From IMG/VR virus record IMGVR_UViG_3300035661_000004: a DNA stretch of 64,000 bases. One strand, 5' to 3'. Made by a program: the position numbers and the translations under genes. The stretch is from a virus (taxonomy: Duplodnaviria > Caudoviricetes). The notes beneath the pieces are model-generated. The model was not told where the DNA came from and searched no databases. It worked only from the letters and a program-made list of their open reading frames with translations. Below, piece after piece: positions 1-9,457 of the stretch. The stretch's first letter is position 1. Each line of letters begins with the position of its first letter.

Positions 1-18
1 ATCATCTTTGACTATGAG

Positions 19-447
19 ATGCAGGTTCAGTTCAATGACTCGCCGTTTGACTGGGCAAAGATCACGCGGGTCATCCTGGACTCCATCGGCAACGAGGAGA
101 ACTACCCAGCAGGCACCGATCGTCGCATCATCGTCTGGAACCTCAGCTTCACCTTTGAGACTTGGATTAGCCCGCCAGCTGAAGTCAAGCAGGGCCTGAT
201 CAACACGATTACGCTCAACTTTGCAAACATGGACAGCGAAGGTGGGACCAAGATCCTCGAAGTAGGTGAGGACGGCGAGCTAGCCCCGTTTGACCCCAAC
301 CAACTCATCGGACAGGTGATCGTGCGTTCGGACATCGTTGACGGCGACATAGAATATCCTGATGACGTTCCGCACGCATCCCTAACTGAACACTACGACC
401 CGAGCACCGATCCTGAGTGCCATGTCCAGCCACCTGCTAAGCCATGA
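19..447 (+). CDS. Tail sheath stabilizer/completion protein (T4 gp15-like), C-terminal part; gene probably starts before the window
   Basis: IIVWNLSFTFETWISPP resembles the gp15 C-terminal motif; lies upstream of the tail tube gene. Confidence 0.6.
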   Translation: MQVQFNDSPFDWAKITRVILDSIGNEENYPAGTDRRIIVWNLSFTFETWISPPAEVKQGLINTITLNFANMDSEGGTKILEVGEDGELAPFDPNQLIGQVIVRSDIVDGDIEYPDDVPHASLTEHYDPSTDPECHVQPPAKP

Positions 448-1166
448 AGATCCGTGACCTGCTTGAAAAGCACATTGTGCGGGATGACCTGATCGTCTTC
501 CTCGACGCGTTCGAGCACGAGCACAGTCATGGTGAGTTTCATTGCTTGCTGAAGGCTCTCGTTGAAGCCTTCAAGCTGAAGCATGTTCACATTTCCGAGA
601 AAGATCTGTATGAGTTCTTTGCTCACAATGATTGGGACGGCTCAGGTGCTGACATCCACCCGAACGAAGTGGTTGAGGTGCTGAAGGATAAGTTCAACAT
701 TGAATTTACCTATGACTTTGTCAATGGCATGGCTGAAGCTAAAACAGCTTTAGCAAAGGAGCTGCCCCTGATCGTGTCAATTCGTTGGTCTGACTCCTAT
801 TACCTTGCTGCAAAAATCTTGCGTGACGGTAAGAGGAATGACAGCGATCATTGGTACTGGGCTCACTATCGCGAGCTAGGTGCTACGCAAGACATGGTTG
901 AGAAGGTGAAGAACGGCATCATCCCGTTCCCAAACCAAGACATGCTTGATAATTCCGAGTATGAACCTACTACGCATGCTATCTTGTGTGTCGGCTATGA
1001 GGCGGGCGACGACTGTTTCATCGTGCGCGACTTCAACCCAGGTGATCCTGACTACAATGGCTTCTTCAAGATTGAGAGCCGTTTATTCTTTGATCCTCAG
1101 CTGCGGTCAGACAAGCGCATTGCGGTTGTAGAGGCTGTTATCTCGATTGACGTGGAACAACTGTGA
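444..1166 (+). CDS. Papain-like (C39/C1-type) cysteine peptidase, putative virion protein
   Basis: Candidate catalytic Cys (GEFHCLLKAL) and His motif THAILCVGYE...FIVRD; N-terminus MKIRDLLEK. Confidence 0.55.
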   Translation: MKIRDLLEKHIVRDDLIVFLDAFEHEHSHGEFHCLLKALVEAFKLKHVHISEKDLYEFFAHNDWDGSGADIHPNEVVEVLKDKFNIEFTYDFVNGMAEAKTALAKELPLIVSIRWSDSYYLAAKILRDGKRNDSDHWYWAHYRELGATQDMVEKVKNGIIPFPNQDMLDNSEYEPTTHAILCVGYEAGDDCFIVRDFNPGDPDYNGFFKIESRLFFDPQLRSDKRIAVVEAVISIDVEQL

Positions 1167-1422
1167 AGCTTGCTGAGGTGTTCGATTTTGAGATTCCGGC
1201 CTTCGGCATAGCTTGTTGAAGCTTCAACAGCTTGTCTTGGATGACCTGGATGATAGCGACAAGCTCGAGACAAAGCTTGTCACTGAAGACAAGGAGCTGA
1301 AGCTTCAAATCAAGTTTAAGCGAGACTACAAGCCTGACGAAGGCGAGAAGAAGTGGGCGAAGGCAAATTGTGATGCCTAGTTGGTAAATATAGGGTAACA
1401 ACCCTTAAGGGAACCTAAACAA

Positions 1423-2016
1423 ATGGGAACGCTCTCACAAGTTGGTATCGCGGGCATCGGCACCGGTATCCTGCATCCAAAGCACAAGAACCGCTGGCGC
1501 GCTATCTTCTCAGGCCTGGGAGGCTCACTGGGCGCTCAAGCTGGCGTGCCTAATGACCTGTCAATGCAGGTTGTGACTTGGACTCGTCCAAGCCTCTCTT
1601 TCGAAGACATCCAGCTCGACCGCTATAACTCGCGCGCATACATCGCGGGTAAGCACAGCTTCGACTACTGCCAGATGACCGTCGAAGATGACGTCACAAA
1701 CAAGGCGGCAAACGCTGTACAGACGCAGCTGGAACGTCAGCAACGCTTGATCGGCGCTTCGGGCCCATGGCTGAACACCGAGGCAACCGCCTTCGGCTAC
1801 AAGTTCGGCATGATGCTTGAGATGCTAGATGGTAACGAAGCGGTCACCGAAACCTGGAAGTATGAAGGCTGCTTCTTGCAAGCCGTGGACTGGACGGATC
1901 TCGATGTCTCGACAGGTGAAAAGGTCATGATCAACCTGACCGTTCGTTTCGACCACGCTCGTCAAGTGCTGCTGCCTTCCGTCACCGGCTCGGCTATCGG
2001 CGGTCTGGTTCAGTAA
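1423..2016 (+). CDS. Tail tube protein (T4 gp19-like)
   Basis: HPKHKNRWRAIF, RPSLSFEDIQL, YIAGKHSF, W.YEGCFLQAVDWTDLD, V.FDHA are typical gp19 motifs; late TAAATA at 1385-1390. Confidence 0.9.
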   Translation: MGTLSQVGIAGIGTGILHPKHKNRWRAIFSGLGGSLGAQAGVPNDLSMQVVTWTRPSLSFEDIQLDRYNSRAYIAGKHSFDYCQMTVEDDVTNKAANAVQTQLERQQRLIGASGPWLNTEATAFGYKFGMMLEMLDGNEAVTETWKYEGCFLQAVDWTDLDVSTGEKVMINLTVRFDHARQVLLPSVTGSAIGGLVQ

Positions 2017-2347
2017 TAAGCCATGGCTTATTCGACAGCTAATGTCGTCAAGCTGAAGATCAGGTATTTGGCTGACAATCAACCAGCAAAGCTGGTTGAA
2101 ATTGACTTCTCTGAAAGCCAATGCAGACGTTTCCGGCGGCGTGCAAGATTGGATCAAGCATGGCAGCTTTGACCATGTAAGCGCCAGAGATGAATTCATC
2201 GATGTTTACGTGACCAACAGCGATCTGAGTGGCTTGACTCTTCAGCAACTTGTAAACCAGCTAGCTGGTGCTGTATGCTTCTGGCGCCCGACCACCTACT
2301 GGTCGTACTACGATTAAGCTCATCCACCACGTATGGGAGTGAGTAAC

Positions 2348-2381
2348 GAGGCCCCCGGCGCTGTGAAGCGCCGGGGGCCTC
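2348..2381. repeat. 15-bp perfect inverted repeat with a GTGA loop; possible bidirectional terminator or stabilizing hairpin
   Basis: GAGGCCCCCGGCGCT-GTGA-AGCGCCGGGGGCCTC, between convergent units; no U tract. Confidence 0.6.
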
Positions 2382-2581
2382 AGTCTTTCGCAGGCCTAAA
2401 GTACTCTTGCAACCCACGCCTGACTCATACCATGCAGGGTAGCCTGAGCCTTCCCAGTGTTCTTGTCACCACTTTCGATGGTTGCTCTGAGCATGATCAT
2501 CCATCATCGAAGCGATGACGAACAGCGTGGGTACTCCTAAGCCTAGGCCTACGGCCCATACCCAGTACTTCAGCAGCTTGG

Positions 2582-3076
2582 TCATTGACGGCGACGGACG
2601 AAGGCGATTGCGCCGAGACCAGCAACCAGCAGCAAGTAGGCGCTCGGCTCGGGAACCGGCGTTGCAACGACGTTGCCGCCGTAGCTGGCATTCAAGCCGT
2701 GAGCTACGCCGTTGACATTCAGCAAGTAGTTACCTGCGGCCAACGTTGTGCTGCCGGCGAGCACTTGCGTGCTGATCGTGTAGCCTGGCCCTGTGCCGGT
2801 GACCGAGTTCAAGACCAGGTCAATGCCGTTGAGCGTTGCTGAGAAGTCCGTGATGTCGCCGAACTTGAAGCCGACGAAGTCGATCGCGACGTTTGTGACA
2901 GACGAGCCGACGATCGAGTTTGAAGCGAGGGTGAAGGTGTAGCTGTCGTGGAACTCGCCGGCCACGGTGTGGCTGAACGAAGAGCTCGGGTTCAACGTGC
3001 CCAGAGGGACGGGTGCTGCAGCAGCTGAGGCTGCAGCGAAGGCCGCGAGGGCCAGGGCTGTGAGGATATGTTTCAT
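2582..3076 (-). CDS. FxDxF-family PEP-CTERM sorting-signal exported protein
   Basis: Signal peptide MKHILTALALAAFAAASAAA, FHDSYTF motif, C-terminal VPEPSAYLLLVAGLGAIAFVRRRQ. Confidence 0.9.
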   Translation of the reverse strand: MKHILTALALAAFAAASAAAAPVPLGTLNPSSSFSHTVAGEFHDSYTFTLASNSIVGSSVTNVAIDFVGFKFGDITDFSATLNGIDLVLNSVTGTGPGYTISTQVLAGSTTLAAGNYLLNVNGVAHGLNASYGGNVVATPVPEPSAYLLLVAGLGAIAFVRRRQ

Positions 3077-3156
3077 GTACTGCTCCAAAAGGTACGGCCT
3101 ATTATACTATAAATGGAAGCTGATGTACACAGCTAACATGGCTAAATACACCACTT

Positions 3157-3972
3157 ATGATCCTCAATGAGCTTCACGGCTACAAGCAGTACCTGGACAA
3201 AGACTTCTACGAGTTGATGGACCAGCTCAAGCAGCATGCGTACATCAATGACACCGGCGCGTTTAGCGTAGTCGTCATTCCTAAAGCGGGCGACGCTGTG
3301 TACAAGGTCTGGACCAATGACCCTGGCTATGAAGCCTTCTACCGTGTCGCTAGCTCGATGCAGAGCAACGTCTTCGTTCCTAAGTTTGGCCGCATTCATC
3401 GTCTGCCGATCTTCTTCAAACGGCCAGACACCGTTGACGGCTTCCTTAAGATCGTCAAGATGGAACGCTTGACGCCGATGCCTAAGCGCTCCCCCGCCGC
3501 TCACGACTTCACAGGGGCCTTGACGGTATTTCTCAAGACGTTTGTTGCTACGAAGGTCTCGATCTCAGGCTTCACACCCGAACATGCGCATCGTGACGTA
3601 GAGATCTTCACTCATCGGATGAAGGACCCGTCACCTGAAGCAATAGCTGCCGCCAAGGTGCTTGACCACTTGCTAGCCTCATCTGCTGACCTGTTCAAGG
3701 TAGCCCAAGCTCTTCGGCAAGTGCTCTTCAACAATGAGGTTGACATCGACCTTGACCTCCATGCAAGCAACCTAATGCTGCGTGGGTCACAGCCGGTCAT
3801 CATTGACCCGTTCTGCATGTCCGATGACTATGAGGGCTATCAGAAGGGTAAGGGCATGCTCTATATGAGCCACCTCGACACCAACATTGACGCAATCAAT
3901 GACGCCGTGCAGCGCGGCAAATTTGCGTCAACTGCTATCAAGAGCGGGTCACGCCCCTCACTCAAGGACTAA
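3157..3972 (+). CDS. Protein kinase-like protein (resembles the T7 gp0.7 kinase domain)
   Basis: TGAFSVV glycine-loop region, VYKVW, catalytic DLHASNLML, IIDPF; late TAAATA at 3143-3148. Confidence 0.7.
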   Translation: MILNELHGYKQYLDKDFYELMDQLKQHAYINDTGAFSVVVIPKAGDAVYKVWTNDPGYEAFYRVASSMQSNVFVPKFGRIHRLPIFFKRPDTVDGFLKIVKMERLTPMPKRSPAAHDFTGALTVFLKTFVATKVSISGFTPEHAHRDVEIFTHRMKDPSPEAIAAAKVLDHLLASSADLFKVAQALRQVLFNNEVDIDLDLHASNLMLRGSQPVIIDPFCMSDDYEGYQKGKGMLYMSHLDTNIDAINDAVQRGKFASTAIKSGSRPSLKD

Positions 3973-3973
3973 C

Positions 3974-4429
3974 ATGTCATTCTACCTGCTGCTCGAGCTG
4001 CTCGAACCCAACAACAAAGCTGTGGAGGAGTCACGCCCCTTCATCGACAAGATCTGCAAGCTCCTCTTCAGGCAGGAGGGCGCGTACTCGTCAGGCAAGC
4101 ACTACGGCATCATCAACGCCGAGTCAACGCTGGAGGACAAGAACGGCAACATGCTGAAGCTGTCCTTTGACAACAGCAACTCTCAGTTTGAGTATGAGCT
4201 CAACTCCTTGACGCCGCTCGGTATCGAGAAGGACAGTGACGTAGTCAAGGAGCTGCTGCGCATGTATGACGAGCACAGCGTCTCTTCGAAGGCGAAGCTG
4301 AAGTTTGTCAGCAAGGGTAACGCATCGGTGCTGCGCGGTGTTAACTTCGGCAAGGTCGTAAATGAGAAGATCCTGCGCATGGTTCAGGACATGCTTGTGA
4401 TGCTTAGCCATGACTTCAAGCGCAAGTAA
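3974..4429 (+). CDS. Hypothetical protein, putative internal virion protein
   Basis: ATG at 3974 directly after the kinase stop; MSFYLLLELLE N-terminus. Confidence 0.6.
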   Translation: MSFYLLLELLEPNNKAVEESRPFIDKICKLLFRQEGAYSSGKHYGIINAESTLEDKNGNMLKLSFDNSNSQFEYELNSLTPLGIEKDSDVVKELLRMYDEHSVSSKAKLKFVSKGNASVLRGVNFGKVVNEKILRMVQDMLVMLSHDFKRK

Positions 4430-5245
4430 CATGCAGCTGTTAGAGCAGCAGCTTGTTGAAGCGCTTGATAAGCGGGCAATGCTGACCGCTCAAACTAAGC
4501 TTGACATGCTAGACCCAGCATTCAACGTTGCAATCACAAAGCACGGCTTAACAGTCACGTGCCAAGATGCATGCCAGCCGATCAAGTTTAGCGTCGCCTA
4601 GCTCAGCGATCCTAAGCTAGACGTTGCAGGCAAGCTTGCTGAACACGCTTACAGCAGAGCAGTTAACGCAACGGGGCGCGCCCGTAAGAAGCGTCGGGCT
4701 ATGTGGTACCTCGAGCGCGAAGATGGCCGGGGTACACAATCTACGGCACAGTCACCGCTGAGGGTGAGCCAGCATGCGCGATCATTGGCAGGCATGGCAG
4801 GCATAGAACCGTCCCTGACACCTCGGTCTTTGTCAAAGCCCTCATCTACTCCCCGACGCTGGTCAGCAAAGCTCTTGCTGACTTTGACAAGCTTGAGCTC
4901 AAGCTTGAAACGGATGACAAGCTAATCTATAAGACAGGCTGAGCCAGTTTACACGGGATTGAGCCCGTGATACTATTCTGATTCATGACTACTGAGATAC
5001 TTAGCGACCGCATGCTGCTGCTTGATGTTCAAGCTCAGCTCATCACGCTAATGCCTGACTCGTACACCTTCAAGCTTGGCAAAAGCGAAAACGGCTCGCT
5101 CGAGCTCATCGTCTTGCATGAAGGCGAGCTGGCGCGGCCGAATTGACAACAACCCGTCTTCGGCTGACGAAAGCATCTTCATCCTGGTTGACGAGCTGAT
5201 CATCAACGGCTAATTCGTGTAGGGCCGTCGGCGTGTAAATAGCCG

Positions 5246-6499
5246 ATGTCCTCACTTCTTGAACAGGCCCTCGGGGCGGTCGGCGTCACGCCTGACACCA
5301 ACGGCGCTATCGGCGCCGCTCTCGGCCTAACCAAGGCCATCACAGACTTCGGCTCGGCTAACAATGGCCTGCCCTCCTTGGGCATCGGCGGCGCTCTCCG
5401 TGACATCATCGAGAGCAACATCCCGCCGATCTTTCGGACCAACCCAAGCCCAGGCGGCGTCAAGTTTACACCGAAACAAGGCGAGTGGACCGCGCTGCAC
5501 TATGCGGATGACCTAGTAGCCCACCATCCTAAGTTCAAGTTCATCTTCAAGGTCAAGTTCGTTGGCTTTGAGGGCATGGGCAACAGCGACTTCTTCTACT
5601 ACGTGCACCGGTGCGACAAGCCGAACATCACCTTCGAGCATGTCGATGTCAACTACTACAACTTCCGCTCTCGTGTCCTGACCAAGACCGTCTTCCAGCC
5701 TATCAGCATGACCCTGCTGGACGAGGTAGGCAACTCAGTCAATGACTTCTTCGTCAAGTACATGCTGAGCATGTCCGGCCAGGCGGGCGGCAAGTCAGGC
5801 ATCAACAGCGGCTTCGGTGATGCGTCAAGCACCAAGCCTTACAAGCGAGGCTACTCAGGCGGCAAGGCGATCATCATCAACCAGATCTTCGCCAACGGCC
5901 TCTACACCAACGAGTTCAAGTTCATCAACCCTCGGATCGAGAGCTTCTCTTTCGACGAGCTGAACATGGAAGACAATGCAGGCTCGCTGCTGACGTTGCA
6001 GTTCTCCTATGATTCCTTGGCGATGAACACTTACGCCGTCGGCCCTGAAGGCTCGAACGGTGAAGGCCTCTACACCTGGGGCAACACCGACATCCTCAAG
6101 GGTGGCGGCACGTCAGGGTTCCCTAACGCAGGCGCTACGTCCTTCGGCGAAGGCGTCAGGCAAGTCGCACAGTCAGCGAGCGGCGGCAGCATGATCGGCG
6201 GCTTGGGCTTGAGCCGGTTCTCAGACACGGTAAGTCAAGTCGTAGCGGCAGGCGTTACGCAGCTGCAACAGCTGCCTAAGGCCTTGCAAGGCGTCCTACC
6301 TGATGCAACCGGCCTCACCGCTTCGTTTAAGAACGTGGTAGGCTCAGCTGACTCGACCATCAGCCGCGACATCAGCGATACGCTGACCTCTATCAAGACC
6401 GGCGCCAATTTCAACACTTCTGCGGTCTCCTCGCTCACTAGCAAGGTTTCAGGCTTCACATCCTTGTTCTCGCCGATTAAGACCACGAGGTCTGGTTAA
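5246..6499 (+). CDS. Baseplate/tail tube initiator (gp48/gp54-like, gp19 fold)
   Basis: Central tube-fold domain (PKFKFIFKVKF...CDKPNITF...FQPISMTLLD...F.FINPRIESFSFDEL...LQFSYD); TAAATA at 5236-5241. Confidence 0.7.
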   Translation: MSSLLEQALGAVGVTPDTNGAIGAALGLTKAITDFGSANNGLPSLGIGGALRDIIESNIPPIFRTNPSPGGVKFTPKQGEWTALHYADDLVAHHPKFKFIFKVKFVGFEGMGNSDFFYYVHRCDKPNITFEHVDVNYYNFRSRVLTKTVFQPISMTLLDEVGNSVNDFFVKYMLSMSGQAGGKSGINSGFGDASSTKPYKRGYSGGKAIIINQIFANGLYTNEFKFINPRIESFSFDELNMEDNAGSLLTLQFSYDSLAMNTYAVGPEGSNGEGLYTWGNTDILKGGGTSGFPNAGATSFGEGVRQVAQSASGGSMIGGLGLSRFSDTVSQVVAAGVTQLQQLPKALQGVLPDATGLTASFKNVVGSADSTISRDISDTLTSIKTGANFNTSAVSSLTSKVSGFTSLFSPIKTTRSG

Positions 6500-6929
6500 G
6501 CTCTCGGCGTTTAGCCCAGTAGGCTTTACGAGCTTCGCTCATCTTACGCCTGGTTTCTTCAGGGTCGCTAAATTCACAAGCCTTAGGTTTTGGTTTCGCC
6601 TTAGCTTGCCTAGCTAGTAATCCAGCCTTCTGCCAATCAGCTAATTGCTTTGATTGAGCTTCTGATGGATTTTTCATTAAAGCTGAACGATGAGCTCTTT
6701 TCTGCTCTCTTTTTGCTTGTAATTCTTCTTCGCTAAGCGGTGTTCTGCGCTTATTAGGAAATCGATTTATAGCAGATAGTCTCATATTTGCCAAATGCTC
6801 AGCTGTAAATGGCCGTTTACGACCTTTATTGGCTAGGCTAATTTTAGCAATTGATTCAGCTGTATGAATTTGCTGTCTATTGCGAACACACCATTCTTCC
6901 TTGAGGCGCTGGTAAGTTCGACTGCACAT
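6477..6929 (-). CDS. NUMOD3-repeat DNA-binding protein, probably a homing endonuclease remnant
   Basis: HTAESIAKISLANKG, FTAEHLANMRLS and EETRRKMSEARK NUMOD3-like repeats; AT-rich; 5' end appears frame-broken. Confidence 0.6.
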   Translation of the reverse strand: MCSRTYQRLKEEWCVRNRQQIHTAESIAKISLANKGRKRPFTAEHLANMRLSAINRFPNKRRTPLSEEELQAKREQKRAHRSALMKNPSEAQSKQLADWQKAGLLARQAKAKPKPKACEFSDPEETRRKMSEARKAYWAKRRELNQTSWS

Positions 6930-6968
6930 CTTGATGCACGTTCGTACTTGTTCATCATAAATATCCGT

Positions 6969-7385
6969 ATGGCACGTGGATTATATACCCCGAAGCATCC
7001 TGAGAAGTACATGGGTGACCCGCGGAAGATCAGGTTCCTGTCGAGCTGGGAGCTCAAGTTCATGCAGGTCTGTGACATGAACCCAAACATCATCTCTTGG
7101 GGGTCTGAGGAGTTTCGTGTCAAGTACTTCAACCCGATTAAGGGGAAAGTTTGCGACTACATCCCTGACTTCATCATCAAGTACAAGGACAGGCAAGGTA
7201 ACCTCATTACAGAGGTGATCGAGATCAAGCCGATGAAGCAGTCCAAGATGACCAAGAAGTCATCGCTGTATGACCAGATAGCGATCGCTGTCAACATGGC
7301 CAAGTGGGCCGCCGCTAAGGCTGTGTGCGAGAGCCATGGCATCCGTTTCCGCGTCGCGACAGAGCAGGAATTGTTCCGAAAGTGA
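6969..7385 (+). CDS. Head completion nuclease (T4 gp4-like, TnsA-like fold)
   Basis: True start MARGLYTPKHPEKYMGD; FLSSWE, WGSEE, YIPDF, EIKP motifs; TAAATA at 6958-6963. Confidence 0.88.
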   Translation: MARGLYTPKHPEKYMGDPRKIRFLSSWELKFMQVCDMNPNIISWGSEEFRVKYFNPIKGKVCDYIPDFIIKYKDRQGNLITEVIEIKPMKQSKMTKKSSLYDQIAIAVNMAKWAAAKAVCESHGIRFRVATEQELFRK

Positions 7386-7444
7386 CATAAATAGCTTCAT
7401 GAAGCAACAATCGCATGCCCATCTCAGCAAGCGTGTCATCAGGC

Positions 7445-7482
7445 TTCGCCTTTGCTCCTTGTATACAAGGAGCAAAGGCGAA
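7445..7482. repeat. Perfect 38-bp palindrome
   Basis: TTCGCCTTTGCTCCTTGTA|TACAAGGAGCAAAGGCGAA. Confidence 0.9.
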
Positions 7483-7617
7483 TTTGAGCTTGCTGCTTTC
7501 ATTTGGTCCGCTCAAACAAAACGACTACAGGTTTCAGTTAAATAGCCAATCATTTTCCCGGTCAAGGATTATCACTTCAGGTGATGACTTTCGGCAGGCT
7601 TTAGCAGACACCCACGC

Positions 7618-8154
7618 ATGAGCACCGCACCTTCTACAATCTCCCACCCGATTGAGGACTTCCTCGACATTGAGCCTGGCTCGACCATGCAGGCTATTCA
7701 TGAGGCGCCCGAGCAAACAAGCGCGCTCATCGACCCAACATCGGGTGAGGTTGTAGAGCGGCCTACGACAGAGCTTGCAAAGATTGACTTCGAGCGCGAA
7801 GAGCGGATCGAGGACCTACAGGTTGACGCCCAGCTCGGCGAGGTGCACACAGCTGCAATGCAGGCCTTCTACCAGCAGTCAGCGCTCGCCCAGCAGGTTG
7901 ACCCAAAGTTCTCAGCGCGCAACTCTGAAGTCGCAGCACAGTTCCTCAACATCGCTTTGAGCACGGTCAGCGCTCGAGTAGACGCCAAGCACAAGCGGAT
8001 CAAGGCGAGGCTGGAGAAGCAGAAGCTCACCGACGGCGCTCCTAACAGCGTGCAGAACAACATCATCGTTGCGGACCGTAATTCGCTCATGCAGACCCTG
8101 TTTGCTGAGCAGCTCAAGACCGTAGCAAAAGCGGTTGGCGAGGACGAAGCGTGA
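7618..8154 (+). CDS. terS: Terminase small subunit (gp16-like)
   Basis: Helical core PKFSARNSEVAAQFL and C-terminal VQNNIIVADRNSL resemble T4-type TerS; TAAATA at 7539-7544. Confidence 0.6.
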   Translation: MSTAPSTISHPIEDFLDIEPGSTMQAIHEAPEQTSALIDPTSGEVVERPTTELAKIDFEREERIEDLQVDAQLGEVHTAAMQAFYQQSALAQQVDPKFSARNSEVAAQFLNIALSTVSARVDAKHKRIKARLEKQKLTDGAPNSVQNNIIVADRNSLMQTLFAEQLKTVAKAVGEDEA

Positions 8155-8831
8155 GGCTGAGCAGTTTGCTAGAATCGGCTAGTCGGCGTGACGCGCTCGA
8201 GCTTCAGCAAACCATCATTGACGCTTGCGACTTTGAAGTGAATGCTAAGCTTATCCTCCGCCCTACCAGCGATGTAGGCATCCTGCGCTTAACGTTTCCT
8301 GCTTGGCAGCACAGCAATGACAATTTCGCCGACGTGGACTTCAAGCGCGAAGGCGCTGATGACATCTCTGTGGGCATTGAAGGGCTTGGCAGGAGCCACT
8401 TGTTCATCCGCGGCGACACTGGGACAAGCTTCAAATCCTTAAGCGATCCTGACATCGGTGAAGTTATCAAGCGGGAGTGCTGCCGGCGTGTAGGCATTAG
8501 CGAGAAGGTTGCTTTGGGAGAGCGAGCAAAGTGGTATGCGGAGAAGGCAAAGTATAAGGGCATCAACAATATGCCTGACAGCGATGACTTCACTCCGTTT
8601 CACTATGCGCCAAGGCTGACAGGCGAGCAAGAGGTCATGATAGGCGATGCGGCTCTTAAGGGCAAGGAGGTTGTTTGCATGGCTATTCGCAAGCCTGACA
8701 AGGACGTTCTTGGCGGCAGTGACGCGCTAAACAAGTTCAATGACGAGGTGCTCCGAAAGGCTCCTAGGCCAAAGCAGCTCGCCATGGCGACTACTACCGA
8801 CTTAAAGTGGTTCCTCTATGCGCCTCAGTGA
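8151..8831 (+). CDS. Hypothetical protein, putative internal virion protein
   Basis: MRLSSLLES N-terminus; overlaps the TerS stop codon. Confidence 0.55.
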   Translation: MRLSSLLESASRRDALELQQTIIDACDFEVNAKLILRPTSDVGILRLTFPAWQHSNDNFADVDFKREGADDISVGIEGLGRSHLFIRGDTGTSFKSLSDPDIGEVIKRECCRRVGISEKVALGERAKWYAEKAKYKGINNMPDSDDFTPFHYAPRLTGEQEVMIGDAALKGKEVVCMAIRKPDKDVLGGSDALNKFNDEVLRKAPRPKQLAMATTTDLKWFLYAPQ

Positions 8832-9457
8832 AGTGCTCAATGATCATCGGCGCTTCTTGCTCGAGGTGCAGCAAGCGTACCTTGACAAGCACCCGAAGCA
8901 CGAGACAAGGCTCACCCAGCATCACGGATGCCCTACGCTCTTGGTGTGGGCAGGCGACATGCCTAGCACCCCAGGCGTGGCTACAAGCATGTTCTTCTAT
9001 GATGACCAGCTAAGCTCATTGACTCGCCGTGACGCGCCTAAGCTCAGGTTTGAGGTTAGCAGCCGTGACGGTCTTAGCAGGCTTTCTCGTGAGTTCTTCT
9101 TTGACACCACGCTCGACGACTGTCAAGCTGTGCGTCGATGCTTTGAGCAGCGCGCTGATCGAAAGCCTGGGTAACATTGTAGGAGCTGAGCATACCAGCG
9201 GCAAGAATCTCGAAGCGGTGCTGCGAAGGTACATTGAGACAGACGAGGCTTCGGTGCATGAAATGTGCGAAGTCGTGTACAAGAAGTCAGATGACATCGA
9301 GGCTGACGCCGAAGAGCACGGTTGGACGATTTGCGCTGAAACTCCTGTCTCGGGTAAAATTGCTGTCTTCTTCGTCAAAGAACGATAGCTGGTTTACACG
9401 GTCAGACCGTAAGTATACAATCATACTATTCACGGTACGGATACTTAGGAGCGCAAC

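Noticed and set aside
4431-4942. In-frame TAG at 4599-4601 as evidence of amber recoding
   Set aside because: Several genes end cleanly at TAG (9388, 13467, 24450, 27184), long genes are intact under code 11, and no CTA-anticodon tRNA is present.
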